DNA of 64,000 bases from Terracoccus sp. (GTDB lineage Bacteria > Actinomycetota > Actinomycetes > Actinomycetales > Dermatophilaceae), in assembly GCA_040007275.1 (NCBI GenBank), contig JBDTVJ010000002.1, positions 749 to 64,748 of the forward strand, read 5' to 3'. Shown piece after piece: positions 39,226 to 49,065 of the stretch. The notes below the pieces were generated by a model. The model was not told where the DNA came from. It did no database searches and saw only the letters and a program-made list of their open reading frames with translations. How positions within the stretch are numbered: position 1 is the first letter of the stretch; every line of letters starts with the position of its first letter. The position numbers and the translations under genes were made by a program.

Positions 39226-41091
39226 ATGACGAGTGTGGACACCCGCGAGCTCGAGGGCTTCCTCGCCCACTACGCTCCCTTCGACTCTCTCGACGCCAAG
39301 CTGCTCAGGTCGGTTGCGGCCGCAGCGACCGTGGTCACAGTTCCCCGCGGGGAGCAGGTCCTCGATGCCTTCACCGACCCCACCAACGCGGTCTTCGTCA
39401 TCCTGAGCGGCCGGGTCGACATCTGGAACGACGCCGACCGCATCCGTGAGGCTGCTGACGAGTCGCTCGGCGCAGGAGAGCTGTTCGGTTTCTCGGCCAT
39501 GCTGACCGAACGATCGGTGGGGCCACGGGCCGTCGCCGCCACGCTGGTGACACTCGCCCGGGTACCGGCCGCAGCCGTGGCGCCCGTCTTCGCCTCCCGA
39601 CAAGGTGCGCGATTCCTCGCCGAGACCCTCTTGTCGACCCGGCGTCAGGCGCTGGCCCCCCCGGCCTACAGCTCGGTGGAACAGCTCATCACCTCCCCGC
39701 CCCTCCTGGTCGAGCCGACCACCCCCGTGTCGGAGGTCGCTCGTCTGATGACGGAGCGAGACTCGCGCTACGCCGTGGTGCCGGGGCCTGATCACACCTT
39801 CGGGCTGGTCACCGACTCGATCCTGAGGCGGCGGATGCTCGTCGAGGCGATGTCGCCGAGCACTCCCGCCGGGGAGATCATGCAACCGGCGACCGCGACC
39901 GCCGTGGTGGGCGAGTCTGCCCAAGAGGCGCAGATCACTTTGCTTGACCACGGCAGCGACTTCCTGGTCGTGACCGACCGCGCCGGCGAGCTGCAGGGCG
40001 TCATCGCCCCGCGCGACTTCGCCGTGTCACCCTCCACGGCCGGGGTAGCCCTCAACGAGCAGCTGCGTCGCGCGAGCACCCCCGAAGAGCTCGACGCCCT
40101 GGCGCGGCAGGCGCCCACGATGCTCGCCGACGTGCTCGGTCGGGGGCTGCCCTCCGGACGGGTGATCGCGGTGTACTCCTCCATCGTCGACGCCATCGTG
40201 CGCCGGGCGATCCAGCTGACCTTCCAGCGTCATCCCGAGTTGTCGACCGAGGCGTTCACCTGGCTCGCCCTCGGCAGCAACGGACGCCGCGAGGCCGTGC
40301 TCAGCTCTGACGTGGACTCGGCGGTGGCGTTCGTCGACGGTGTCCCACCCGACGAGATCACCCGATACCGTGCCGTGTTCGCCGAAGTCGACGAGATGCT
40401 CATCGGGGCGGGACTGATGAGCGACGACCACGGGGCCTCCGCCCGGCGCACACTCTTCGCCCGCACCAATGCCGACTGGCGCACGCAGGCCAAGCGGTGG
40501 CTCGCCGCCCCGACCGACGGCAACGGGGCCATGATGACCTCGCTGCTGGTCGACGGACGCCCGGTTCACGGCGACACCGGGCTGACCGAGGTGGCCAAGG
40601 TCTTCAGTGATCTGCGCCGGCATCCGGGCACGATGCGCCTGCTGCTGCAGGAGTCGTTGTCGAGCCGGGCCCGGCTGCACTCCATGCGACAGGTGCTCTC
40701 AAGGCGCAACGACACTTTCGACGTCAAGACCTACGCCCTCGTGCCCGTGGTCAACATCGGTCGCTGGGCCGCCCTCAGCGTGGGGTCGGCGGCGCTGCCG
40801 ACGACGGAGCGGCTGCGGGTCGCGGCCGGGTCGGCGATGCTGCCGCGTTCGCAGGCGAGCACGCTCATCGAGGTCTTCGAGACGCTGCAACGTCTGCGGC
40901 TGCGCTACCAGCTGCTGCAGATCCGCGAGGGCATCAGGCCCTCCGATGTACTGGTGCTCGACCGGCTCTCAGCCATCGACCGCACGGTCATCGCCCAAGC
41001 GGTGCGTGAGGTCTCCAGCATCCAGCGACGCATGGCCAACGTCTCGAACTACGTTCCCACCGCCGACTGGTCGTCCTCCGACGGGCTCTGA
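39226..41091 (+). CDS. cNMP-binding/CBS/nucleotidyltransferase (DUF294) protein
   Basis: PFDSL..GELFG cNMP domain, CBS pair, LGSNGRRE..SDVD NTase motif. Confidence 0.9.
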   Translation: MTSVDTRELEGFLAHYAPFDSLDAKLLRSVAAAATVVTVPRGEQVLDAFTDPTNAVFVILSGRVDIWNDADRIREAADESLGAGELFGFSAMLTERSVGPRAVAATLVTLARVPAAAVAPVFASRQGARFLAETLLSTRRQALAPPAYSSVEQLITSPPLLVEPTTPVSEVARLMTERDSRYAVVPGPDHTFGLVTDSILRRRMLVEAMSPSTPAGEIMQPATATAVVGESAQEAQITLLDHGSDFLVVTDRAGELQGVIAPRDFAVSPSTAGVALNEQLRRASTPEELDALARQAPTMLADVLGRGLPSGRVIAVYSSIVDAIVRRAIQLTFQRHPELSTEAFTWLALGSNGRREAVLSSDVDSAVAFVDGVPPDEITRYRAVFAEVDEMLIGAGLMSDDHGASARRTLFARTNADWRTQAKRWLAAPTDGNGAMMTSLLVDGRPVHGDTGLTEVAKVFSDLRRHPGTMRLLLQESLSSRARLHSMRQVLSRRNDTFDVKTYALVPVVNIGRWAALSVGSAALPTTERLRVAAGSAMLPRSQASTLIEVFETLQRLRLRYQLLQIREGIRPSDVLVLDRLSAIDRTVIAQAVREVSSIQRRMANVSNYVPTADWSSSDGL

Positions 41092-41197
41092 CCACAGGGG
41101 TGACACCCTCCTCCGGAACGGTCGACAGACACGCGATCCCGCTGGATGCTGCTGCCCCGCTGACGTCGTTCGTCGTGCGGATGCATAGGGTCGGCCC

Positions 41198-41668
41198 ATG
41201 ACACAGCCGCTTGTGACGACCGTCGACGCCGGACCGCGGGCCGTCTCCCGCCGGGTGACGGTGCACGCCCCGGCCGCTCAGCTCTTCGCCATGGCCGCCA
41301 ACCCGCACCGCCACCCTGAGCTCGACGGTTCGGGCACGGTGCGTGACACCCCGGTGAGGGGGCCAGAGGTTCTGGGCGAAGGGGCCCGCTTCAGCGTCGG
41401 GATGAAGCAGTACGGGGTGCCGTACTCGATCACCTCGACGGTTACCGAGTTCGACGACGGCCGGGTGGTGACGTGGCGCCACCCGATGGGCCACTCCTGG
41501 CGCTGGGAGTTCAAGGAGGTCTCTCCCGGCCTGACCGAGGTGACCGAGACGTTCGACTACGCCGGCTCCCGATCGCCAAGGTTGCTCGAGATCTTCGGGC
41601 AGCCGAAGGCCAACGCGGCGGGTATCACCAAGACCCTGCAGAAGCTGGCCGAACGGCACCACGCCTGA
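41198..41668 (+). CDS. SRPBCC family protein
   Basis: RHPELDGSGTV..W.H...H.WRWE..VTETFDY. Confidence 0.85.
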   Translation: MTQPLVTTVDAGPRAVSRRVTVHAPAAQLFAMAANPHRHPELDGSGTVRDTPVRGPEVLGEGARFSVGMKQYGVPYSITSTVTEFDDGRVVTWRHPMGHSWRWEFKEVSPGLTEVTETFDYAGSRSPRLLEIFGQPKANAAGITKTLQKLAERHHA

Positions 41669-41678
41669 CGCGCCCAGG

Positions 41679-42125
41679 TCAGCGCAGCAGCGAGCGAACC
41701 CACGCGGCATCCGGGTTGGTGCGGGTCTGTTCGCCGAACATCACGGTGGGGGTTGTGTGGTCGCCCCCGTTGACCGAGCGCACCACGGCACGGGCCTGCT
41801 CGTCGAGCGAGCTGTCGACCCACGATGCCCGTCGACCGCCCGGGCCGAGCGTCAGCCTCAACAGGATGCAGTAGGTGCACCCCGGCTTCCAGAAGATGAC
41901 CGGCGACTCTTCCTGCGCGGCCCGGCGACGGGCCACCCCCAGGTCGGCGCTCCTCGGGAAGAACCTCGGGCTGAGCGCCCATGCGTAACTGAGCAGCAGC
42001 ACACTCGCGGCCACGCCGACGAGCGGGTTCGAGGCGATGAGCTGACCGACGAGGAACACGACGCCGGCCAGGGCCACGAGAGCAGACGGCCACCAGCGAC
42101 CGATCATCCGTGTCATTGACCTCAT
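41679..42125 (-). CDS. Membrane-anchored glutaredoxin/mycoredoxin-like protein
   Basis: Two TMs, WKPGCTYC, NGG..TTPTV, TNP. Confidence 0.85.
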   Translation of the reverse strand: MRSMTRMIGRWWPSALVALAGVVFLVGQLIASNPLVGVAASVLLLSYAWALSPRFFPRSADLGVARRRAAQEESPVIFWKPGCTYCILLRLTLGPGGRRASWVDSSLDEQARAVVRSVNGGDHTTPTVMFGEQTRTNPDAAWVRSLLR

Positions 42126-42211
42126 GCTAGGTCGCCCGTCGGACTGCTCGCCCAGGGGCCGGCCAACCGACACCCCAGACAGGGCCCAGCGCAGGTGGGT
42201 AGGTTCAGACC

Positions 42212-43621
42212 ATGGCTGGAACACAGGACCGCACCCAAGACCAGGACCAGGCTGACGTCTTCGTCTCTTTCGGAGTCACCGGCGACCTCGCTCGGAAGAT
42301 GACGTTCGTGGCGCTCTACCGGCTCGAACGCGCCGGCCGGCTCGACTGTCCCATCGTCGGGGTGGCCGCCAACGACTGGTCCGACGACGACCTGCGGCAA
42401 CACGCCCGTGATGCCGTGACCGCAGCCGTCGGCGACGAGCCCGTCGACTCCGATGCCCTTGAACGGCTCGCGGCCCGGATGCGATACGTCGGAGGCGACT
42501 TCGCCGACCCCGGCACGTACCAGCGGCTTTCGGACGCCCTGGGTCAGGCCAAGAGCCCAGTGTTCTACCTCGAGATTCCACCCTCGCTCTTCGAGATGGC
42601 GATCAAGGGCCTTTCGGATGCCGGCCTCACCGCCAACGCGCGGGTCGTCGTCGAGAAGCCGTTCGGGCACGACCTCGAGTCGGCCCAGGCGCTCAACAGC
42701 TCACTGCGGGCCATGCTGCGCGAGTCGCAGCTCTACCGCATCGACCACTTCCTGGGGAAGCTGTCGGTGCAGCAGATCCTGCGACTACGGTTCGCCAACA
42801 CCCTGCTGGAGCCGGTGTGGAACCGCGACCACGTCGAGTCGGTACAGATCACGATGGCCGAAGACTTCGACGTGACCGACCGCGGGTCGTTCTACGACAA
42901 GGTCGGCGCCCTGCGCGACGTCGTGCAGAACCACCTGCTGCAGGTGCTCTCGATGGTCGTCATGGAGCCGCCTGCCCGTGGCGGGCTCGACGCCCTGTCC
43001 GACCGCAAGCGTGACGTGTTCGCGGCCATGCCCACCGCCCGGCCGGGCGACTACGTGCGAGGACAGTACGACGGGTACCAGTCCACCGAGGGGGTGGCCG
43101 ACGACTCGACCACAGAGACCTACATCGCCCTGCGTCTCAGCATCGAGAACTGGCGCTGGTCGGGAGTGCCGATTCTCATCCGCGCGGGCAAGTCGCTCCC
43201 GGTCGATGTGACCGAGGTGCGGCTCGTGCTCAAGCCGCCGCCCCCGCTCGGTTTCACCGACGACGACGGGGTGCTCGACCCGAACCAGATCGTGCTGCGG
43301 ATCGACCCCAGCGCCGGGGTGCGCTTCATGGTGCAGACTCAGGACCACACGAGCGACTCGCTGCGCACGGTCGACCTCGACGTCGACCTCGGCGGTGACG
43401 ACGTGCCCACCCCGTACGAGGAGCTGCTGCACGCCGCGATCATGGGCGACGCAACCCTCTTCACCCGCGAGGACGTCGTCGAGGAGACGTGGCGCGTGTT
43501 GGAGCCCCTGCTGGACCTGGCCTCGGCCCCCGAGACGTACGCCCCCGGTTCGTGGGGCCCGCCCGCCGCCGACGCCCTGGCCAAGGACGTCGGAGGCTGG
43601 CACGACCCCTGGCTTGCGTAG
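42212..43621 (+). CDS. zwf: Glucose-6-phosphate 1-dehydrogenase
   Basis: GVTGDLA, EKPFG, RIDHFLGK, RDVVQNHLLQ. Confidence 0.95.
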   Translation: MAGTQDRTQDQDQADVFVSFGVTGDLARKMTFVALYRLERAGRLDCPIVGVAANDWSDDDLRQHARDAVTAAVGDEPVDSDALERLAARMRYVGGDFADPGTYQRLSDALGQAKSPVFYLEIPPSLFEMAIKGLSDAGLTANARVVVEKPFGHDLESAQALNSSLRAMLRESQLYRIDHFLGKLSVQQILRLRFANTLLEPVWNRDHVESVQITMAEDFDVTDRGSFYDKVGALRDVVQNHLLQVLSMVVMEPPARGGLDALSDRKRDVFAAMPTARPGDYVRGQYDGYQSTEGVADDSTTETYIALRLSIENWRWSGVPILIRAGKSLPVDVTEVRLVLKPPPPLGFTDDDGVLDPNQIVLRIDPSAGVRFMVQTQDHTSDSLRTVDLDVDLGGDDVPTPYEELLHAAIMGDATLFTREDVVEETWRVLEPLLDLASAPETYAPGSWGPPAADALAKDVGGWHDPWLA

Positions 43622-43659
43622 CCGCGAGCGAGGGTCGTGCCCGCCCGTCCGCAACCGCG

Positions 43660-45395
43660 TCAGCCGCGGCCACCGACGATGCGCGCCGTGCCCACGGTCG
43701 TGAGGCTGGTGCTGGGCTCGTCCGTGCTGCTCGCGCTGCTCGGGCTGCTCGCGCTGCTGCGCACCTGACCGCCTCGCCAGACGATCGACAGGTCTGTCCC
43801 GTCGACGCACAGCTCGGCAAAACAGTTATCGAACCACGGGCCACCCGTGACCTCCCACGGGTAGGCCGGATCGGGAACGTGCTTGGACCCGCGCGCCCAC
43901 GCGTTCATCGGCCGCACCAGGCTCTTGGCGAGGCCCGCCACCATGACCCGCAACGCGATCGGCATCGGGTTGCGGATCGGTGAGCACACTGCCTGGGCGA
44001 TCGTCGACACCGCGCCGTGGCGGGCCACCGCGTCGGTGACCTCTGCGACGTAGGAGTTGTGCACGTCACCGGAGAGGAACACCACCGTCTGCGGCGGGCG
44101 GCCCCGGTTGCCCCGGGCCACGTCCATGACAATGTCGAACACCGACTCGAAACCGTCGTCGAAGGCCGCCCAGTGCTCGAGATCGGCAGCTGACGGGACT
44201 TCTCGGCCACCGTGGCGACGACGCCGCCGTAGGCTCCTCAGCCGCCGCCTCGTCCATGGCCTCGAGGTCGTGCAGTCCCGATGGCAGCAGGAAGGGCAAC
44301 GAGGTACCGATGAGCAGATGGTCCACCTCCCCGGTGAGCTGGGCGTCCAGCCACGCCAGCTCGTCGGGGTCGAGCATCGAGCGGCGGTCGGGCTCGAGCA
44401 CGCGGGCGGCGGTCGGGCTCGAGCACGCGGGCGGCACGGGAGTCGATCACGACCAGCCGACTGCCGCCCAGGTCGCGGCGGTAGCTCCAGCGGTACACCT
44501 CGGGATGCCGGTCGACCCGCTCGACGAGGCCGAACACGGCATCCGTCAGGTCGAGCTCTTCGTCGCCGTCGTGGCTCAGCACGGCGCGGTATACAAGGTC
44601 GTGGGCCAGCTCGGACGGCGAGAGGTTGCCGATGTGTTGGTGCACCCAGTACGACGCCAGACCGCCCATGAGCCGCTCGTGCCACCACTGCGTTCGGTTG
44701 ATCTCCTCGTGCCAGCTCCACGAGGTGTTCCAGTCGTCGCGGATGTCGTGGTCGTCGAAGATCATGCAGCTCGCCAGTGTCGAGAGCAGCCATCGGTTGG
44801 CAGGGTCGTTCCAGGCGAGCTGGTAGAGGTGCGCGTACTCCTCGTAGTCCTTGATCTCGACCCCGGGAGGCTCGTCGATGTCACGGCGGCTCGCGATGAA
44901 CTCGCGCATCGCGTCGGGGGTCAGGTCGGCGTACACCTGGTCGCCGAGGAAGGCCATCAGGTCAGGCCACTGCTCCTGCTGTTCGGCGAGGGCCAGGGCC
45001 AGGGTTCGTAGCGCGTCGACCCCGTTGGTCTTGTTGGCGGTTTCGTGAGGTTCGGCCAAGCGGCAGGAGCCGAACGCCAGCCGCAGCGGGCGGGAGCGGT
45101 CGAGCGTGCGAGTGGCCGGGGCCGGAAACGGGCTGTCCGACGGGGGGCACACCGAGGCATCGTCGACGCGCACGGCATAGTCGTGGACCGCACCGGCCTC
45201 GAGTCCGTCGACGACCACGAGGGCGAAGTGGTGCCCCTTGACCGCAAAGGTGGCCGCCCGCTACTCGCGACCGTCTGCCTCGACGGTGACCGTGGCCGCT
45301 TCGGCCGTCTCGACCCACACTGTGGCCTCAGTCTCACCGACATAACGCAACATCGGACCCAGCACGAGCCGGTTCGGGGAAGGTGAGGGCATCAT
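43660..45395 (-). pseudogene. Alkaline phosphatase D (PhoD) family, disrupted
   Basis: LGPMLRYV, FGSCR, GDQVYAD, FDDHD, SGDVH; TAG at 45261-45263, 25-bp duplication at 44381 and a further shift near 44220. Confidence 0.88.
44381..44435 (+). repeat. 25-bp tandem duplication
   Basis: GCGGCGGTCGGGCTCGAGCACGCGG x2 followed by GCGGC. Confidence 0.95.
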
Positions 45396-45501
45396 CGACA
45401 CGCCCCTATCATCACCGATCGAGTCGGCGAAGTCGCCGATGGCCGTCACGAGCCCGCCGGATAGTCGACAAACTGCTGCTCGGGGAAGCCGCGCTATGCG
45501 G

Positions 45502-47652
45502 TCAATGAGCAGCCCGGCTGCCCATCGAGGCACCGTCGCGAGGCTGCCTCGTCTGGTTCCGACCGGGTGGATCAGGCGGGGCGGCGGGCGAGACCCGCGC
45601 GGCCACCAGCACGAGCAGTGGCGCCAGCAGCATCATCCCTCCAGGGGGCACCGCCGTGCCCGAGTCGTTGAGCAGAAAACCCAGCAGCCAGACCAGCGCG
45701 ACGGCCCTCAGCCCAGGCGCGAGCAGGGGGATCGCCACGACAACGGATTGGATGCGCTGAGGCCACCGCGACCTGGGCAGCAGCGCCATCACCAACAGCA
45801 GCAGTAGTGGCACCAGCGCGAGCGCGGTGAGCGATGAGGAGGTCAGAAAGGTCCAGTTGGCCTGCCAGATGCGGTTGAGACTCGCGATCACCCTGCCGTC
45901 ATTCAGTCCGCCGACGAAGTCGCCCAGGTGCGTGCGGTTCTCGGGGCCACGAAGGTAGTCGAGGACCGCCAGCGCGGTGACGACGACCGCCGTGCCCAGC
46001 ACCACCACGATGGCCCTGATCGCGGTCAGCCGCAGCCCGAGGGCGCTGAGGGCGAGGTAGGCGAAGGCCGGGATCAGGGCACCCGGGCCCCCGCCGTCTG
46101 CCCCCCAGCGCGGGTACCCGTCGAGGAGCACCACCACCATGCCGATGAGCACCACGGTGAGCGCACTCAGTCGGGACACGCCCCCACGACCCCGGGTGAG
46201 CGGGCTGGCCACGATCGCAGCGAGGGCCAGGGAGGCCGTGGCGAAGAGCGCGAAGGCCACGTTCCCCATGCCGGAGTAGCGACTGCCGTACACCGGCTGG
46301 AGGCCCAGCATCGACAGGAACTGCAGGCCGCTGCCGTGGGCGACATCGAGGCCGATGACAGCCGTGGTGAACAGACAGAGGAAGGCCGCGCAGCCCCCGG
46401 CAAAGCGACGCCAAGGGCCTACCAGTGCCAGCACGCCGAGAACCACCGACAGCCCGACCACCGCGGTGGCGAGGTTCAGACGAGGCTGGTCGCCACGCCA
46501 CCACGGCAGGACACCCACGAGAAAGGTCGACACGGGCATGGCTGCGGCCACTGCACTGACCAGAGCGAGCCACCCGCGCACCGCCCGCCTCCCGCGGCTC
46601 GTGGGGTCGTGGGCACGCACGCGCCACCACGCCACCGCCCCCAGGGCCCAGCCCGCGAGCACCAGGGCGAAGAAGACCGTCAGGAAGAGTGGGACGAGAT
46701 CGTGCTCGACGTTGAGGGCCCGGGTGATCTCGGCGCTGCGCACCACCGCGGCGGTGGGGCTGGACGACGGTTGCACGAGGGGCGACCTGCCCTCGGGCAG
46801 CACCGGCGCTTTCGCGCCGAGCCGGGACAGCACGAAGGCCGACAGGTCGGCGGTGGTGACCACCCCGCGTTGACCGGTCGAGCCGGAGCTGAGCAGGCCG
46901 TGCTGCACCCCTGGACCAGCGATCACCACCGCGTGCAGCGTTTCGGGGCCGGTGTCGTCGGCCAGACCCGCCACCACGATCGTCGCACTCGGGGGGAGCC
47001 GTGCGGTGATCCACCTCAGATAGGCGTCGTCCGGACCCGCCAGACTGATGAAGGTCACGGGGCAGGCGGCGAGGTCGACCCGACGGGGGTCGCTCACGTA
47101 GTGGGTCACGACCCCGTCGTGGTCGGCGGCCCCGAGCCCCGCCAACGGTCCGGCGGCCGAGATGCACTGACCGTGCTGTGGTAGCAGCGACCCGAGTCGG
47201 CCGATGTCGGCGGGCTGAGCTCGTTTCAGAGTGATTCGGCGCCAAAGCGCCCATTCGGGGAACACCGCGGTGCTCTCGACGACGACCGGCGTCGGATCGT
47301 CTGGACACGCCGCCGGAGTCTGGCCCGCAGGGGTCTGCTCGACGACGGTACCGACCGAGGTGCGCGCGCCGGCAGAGACGGTCAGCCATGCCTGGAGGGA
47401 GCAGGAGTGACCGCTCAGGTTCCTCGTGGCGAGGGCACCAACAGCGCCGCGACGAGCGAGCTTCCACAGCGCCGAACCTCGCGTGTCTGGGGTGTCCGCG
47501 TACGTGAGGGCCGGCACCGACACCACGACCAGGGGGCCGGGCTGCTTGAGCGGCACCAGAGCCGGTCGGCTCTGGAGAACCGACCACGATACCGCGGCTC
47601 CGATGCAGGCGATCACCGTCAGCGCGGTGATCAGGAGCCAGCGTCGGAACAT
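45502..47652 (-). CDS. Large conserved hypothetical membrane protein
   Basis: Signal/TM, ~290-aa soluble domain, ~10 TMs with RYSGMGN, GADGGG, THLGDF and NDSG motifs. Confidence 0.8.
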   Translation of the reverse strand: MFRRWLLITALTVIACIGAAVSWSVLQSRPALVPLKQPGPLVVVSVPALTYADTPDTRGSALWKLARRGAVGALATRNLSGHSCSLQAWLTVSAGARTSVGTVVEQTPAGQTPAACPDDPTPVVVESTAVFPEWALWRRITLKRAQPADIGRLGSLLPQHGQCISAAGPLAGLGAADHDGVVTHYVSDPRRVDLAACPVTFISLAGPDDAYLRWITARLPPSATIVVAGLADDTGPETLHAVVIAGPGVQHGLLSSGSTGQRGVVTTADLSAFVLSRLGAKAPVLPEGRSPLVQPSSSPTAAVVRSAEITRALNVEHDLVPLFLTVFFALVLAGWALGAVAWWRVRAHDPTSRGRRAVRGWLALVSAVAAAMPVSTFLVGVLPWWRGDQPRLNLATAVVGLSVVLGVLALVGPWRRFAGGCAAFLCLFTTAVIGLDVAHGSGLQFLSMLGLQPVYGSRYSGMGNVAFALFATASLALAAIVASPLTRGRGGVSRLSALTVVLIGMVVVLLDGYPRWGADGGGPGALIPAFAYLALSALGLRLTAIRAIVVVLGTAVVVTALAVLDYLRGPENRTHLGDFVGGLNDGRVIASLNRIWQANWTFLTSSSLTALALVPLLLLLVMALLPRSRWPQRIQSVVVAIPLLAPGLRAVALVWLLGFLLNDSGTAVPPGGMMLLAPLLVLVAARVSPAAPPDPPGRNQTRQPRDGASMGSRAAH

Positions 47653-47753
47653 CGCATCAGCCTAGGTGTCGACGGTCCGACCTCCGGACGGGCGCCACGC
47701 CATCGTCGGCTCCATCGCCGACGCCACGAGCCGGTGCTGCCACGACGGGCGGC

Positions 47754-48368
47754 TCATTCGCGCACAGTGACCGTGGTGACGACGTCGGTCACGCCCGGTC
47801 GGCGGGGGGTGGATGAGAAGCCGAAGCGGCAAGGCGGGTCGACCGGTGCGAGCGCGCCCAGGTCGGCGCCGGCGAAGCGTCCGGAGACCTCGGTGACGGC
47901 GTGCAGGTCGGTGGCGCCGTAGAACTCCTGCCGTCCGGTCAGGGCCGTGCCGCGGGTGCGCACCCCACGCATCACGAGGCGGGCGACAGGGTCGATGGCG
48001 GTGGCCCACGCCGGACTGGCCGCAACGCGGGTGGGAACCAGCCGCAGCAGCCGGCCGAGCGGCCTCCGGCCCCCGACCCCGATACGCAGGTTGAGTGACG
48101 CCGACCCCACCTGCCACTCCCCCGGCGGACCCCCGACCACGATCGGCTCGATGCGCACCTCGTCGAACTCGTAGGTGGCGCAGATGAACTCGGCCACCCG
48201 TTCGTGAGGCGCGATGAGCACACGGTGACCGTGCCCTGTCTCGACCATGGCGTCATCGAAGGGCCCGAGATGACTGTCGGCCCAACGGCCGACGACCACG
48301 CGTACCCCGCTCGTCGACCCGACCCCCGCGATCTGGCCCCGGAAGCACCACCTCTGCGTCACCGGCAT
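47754..48368 (-). CDS. Conserved hypothetical protein
   Basis: FRGQIAG.GSTSG.RVVVG.W..S..GPF.D...FGFSSTP; strong codon bias. Confidence 0.75.
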   Translation of the reverse strand: MPVTQRWCFRGQIAGVGSTSGVRVVVGRWADSHLGPFDDAMVETGHGHRVLIAPHERVAEFICATYEFDEVRIEPIVVGGPPGEWQVGSASLNLRIGVGGRRPLGRLLRLVPTRVAASPAWATAIDPVARLVMRGVRTRGTALTGRQEFYGATDLHAVTEVSGRFAGADLGALAPVDPPCRFGFSSTPRRPGVTDVVTTVTVRE

Positions 48369-48432
48369 CCCCTCACTGGCCAAGCGTAGACGAGCGGTGC
48401 GAGAAGACGATTCGTGTGCCACGCTGGAAACC

Positions 48433-49017
48433 ATGACGAAACCCCTCCTTCAGGTGATCATCGGCAGCACGCGGCCCGGCCGGGTCGGCATCCACGTGGC
48501 CGACTGGTTCGTCGAGGCGGCGCGGGCGAATGACTCCTTCGAGGTGGAGGTGCTCGACCTCGCCGAGATCGACCTGCCCCTGCTTGACGAGCCGTATCAC
48601 CCCTCGATGCACCAGTACACGCAGCCGCACACTCACGCCTGGAGCGAGTCGGTCTCTCGAGGAGATGCCGTCGTCTTCGTCATGCCCGAGTACAACTGGG
48701 GTGTCAACCCGGCCTTGAAGAACGCCATCGACTACCTGAACCGCGAGTGGGCCTACAAGGCCATGGCCACGGTGAGCTACGGCGGGGTCGCCGCGGGGCT
48801 ACGGGCCGCCACCGCCCTGAAGTCGAACGTGCTGCCCCTCCGGATGATCCCGATCTTGGAGGCGATCAGCATCCCGTTCGTCACCACCTTCGTCGTGGAT
48901 GGAGCCTTCGTGCCCAACAACGTGCTTCGTGACTCGGTCGACCCCCTCCTGGCCGAGCTGCTCAAGGTGACGCAGGCGACCGCAGCGTTGCGCGCCCGGC
49001 CGACGGCTGCGACATGA
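48433..49017 (+). CDS. NADPH-dependent FMN reductase
   Basis: GSTRPGR, PEYN, LKNAID, VSYGG. Confidence 0.92.
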   Translation: MTKPLLQVIIGSTRPGRVGIHVADWFVEAARANDSFEVEVLDLAEIDLPLLDEPYHPSMHQYTQPHTHAWSESVSRGDAVVFVMPEYNWGVNPALKNAIDYLNREWAYKAMATVSYGGVAAGLRAATALKSNVLPLRMIPILEAISIPFVTTFVVDGAFVPNNVLRDSVDPLLAELLKVTQATAALRARPTAAT

Positions 49018-49065
49018 GGCCGAGGATGCGTCGCCGGATGCCGCTCCGCTCGTGGCGATGGCACC

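Noticed and set aside
43637-43768. 43-aa hydrophobic ORF on the + strand after zwf
   Set aside because: Almost entirely antisense to the phoD C-terminus; likely a shadow of Ser-rich codons.
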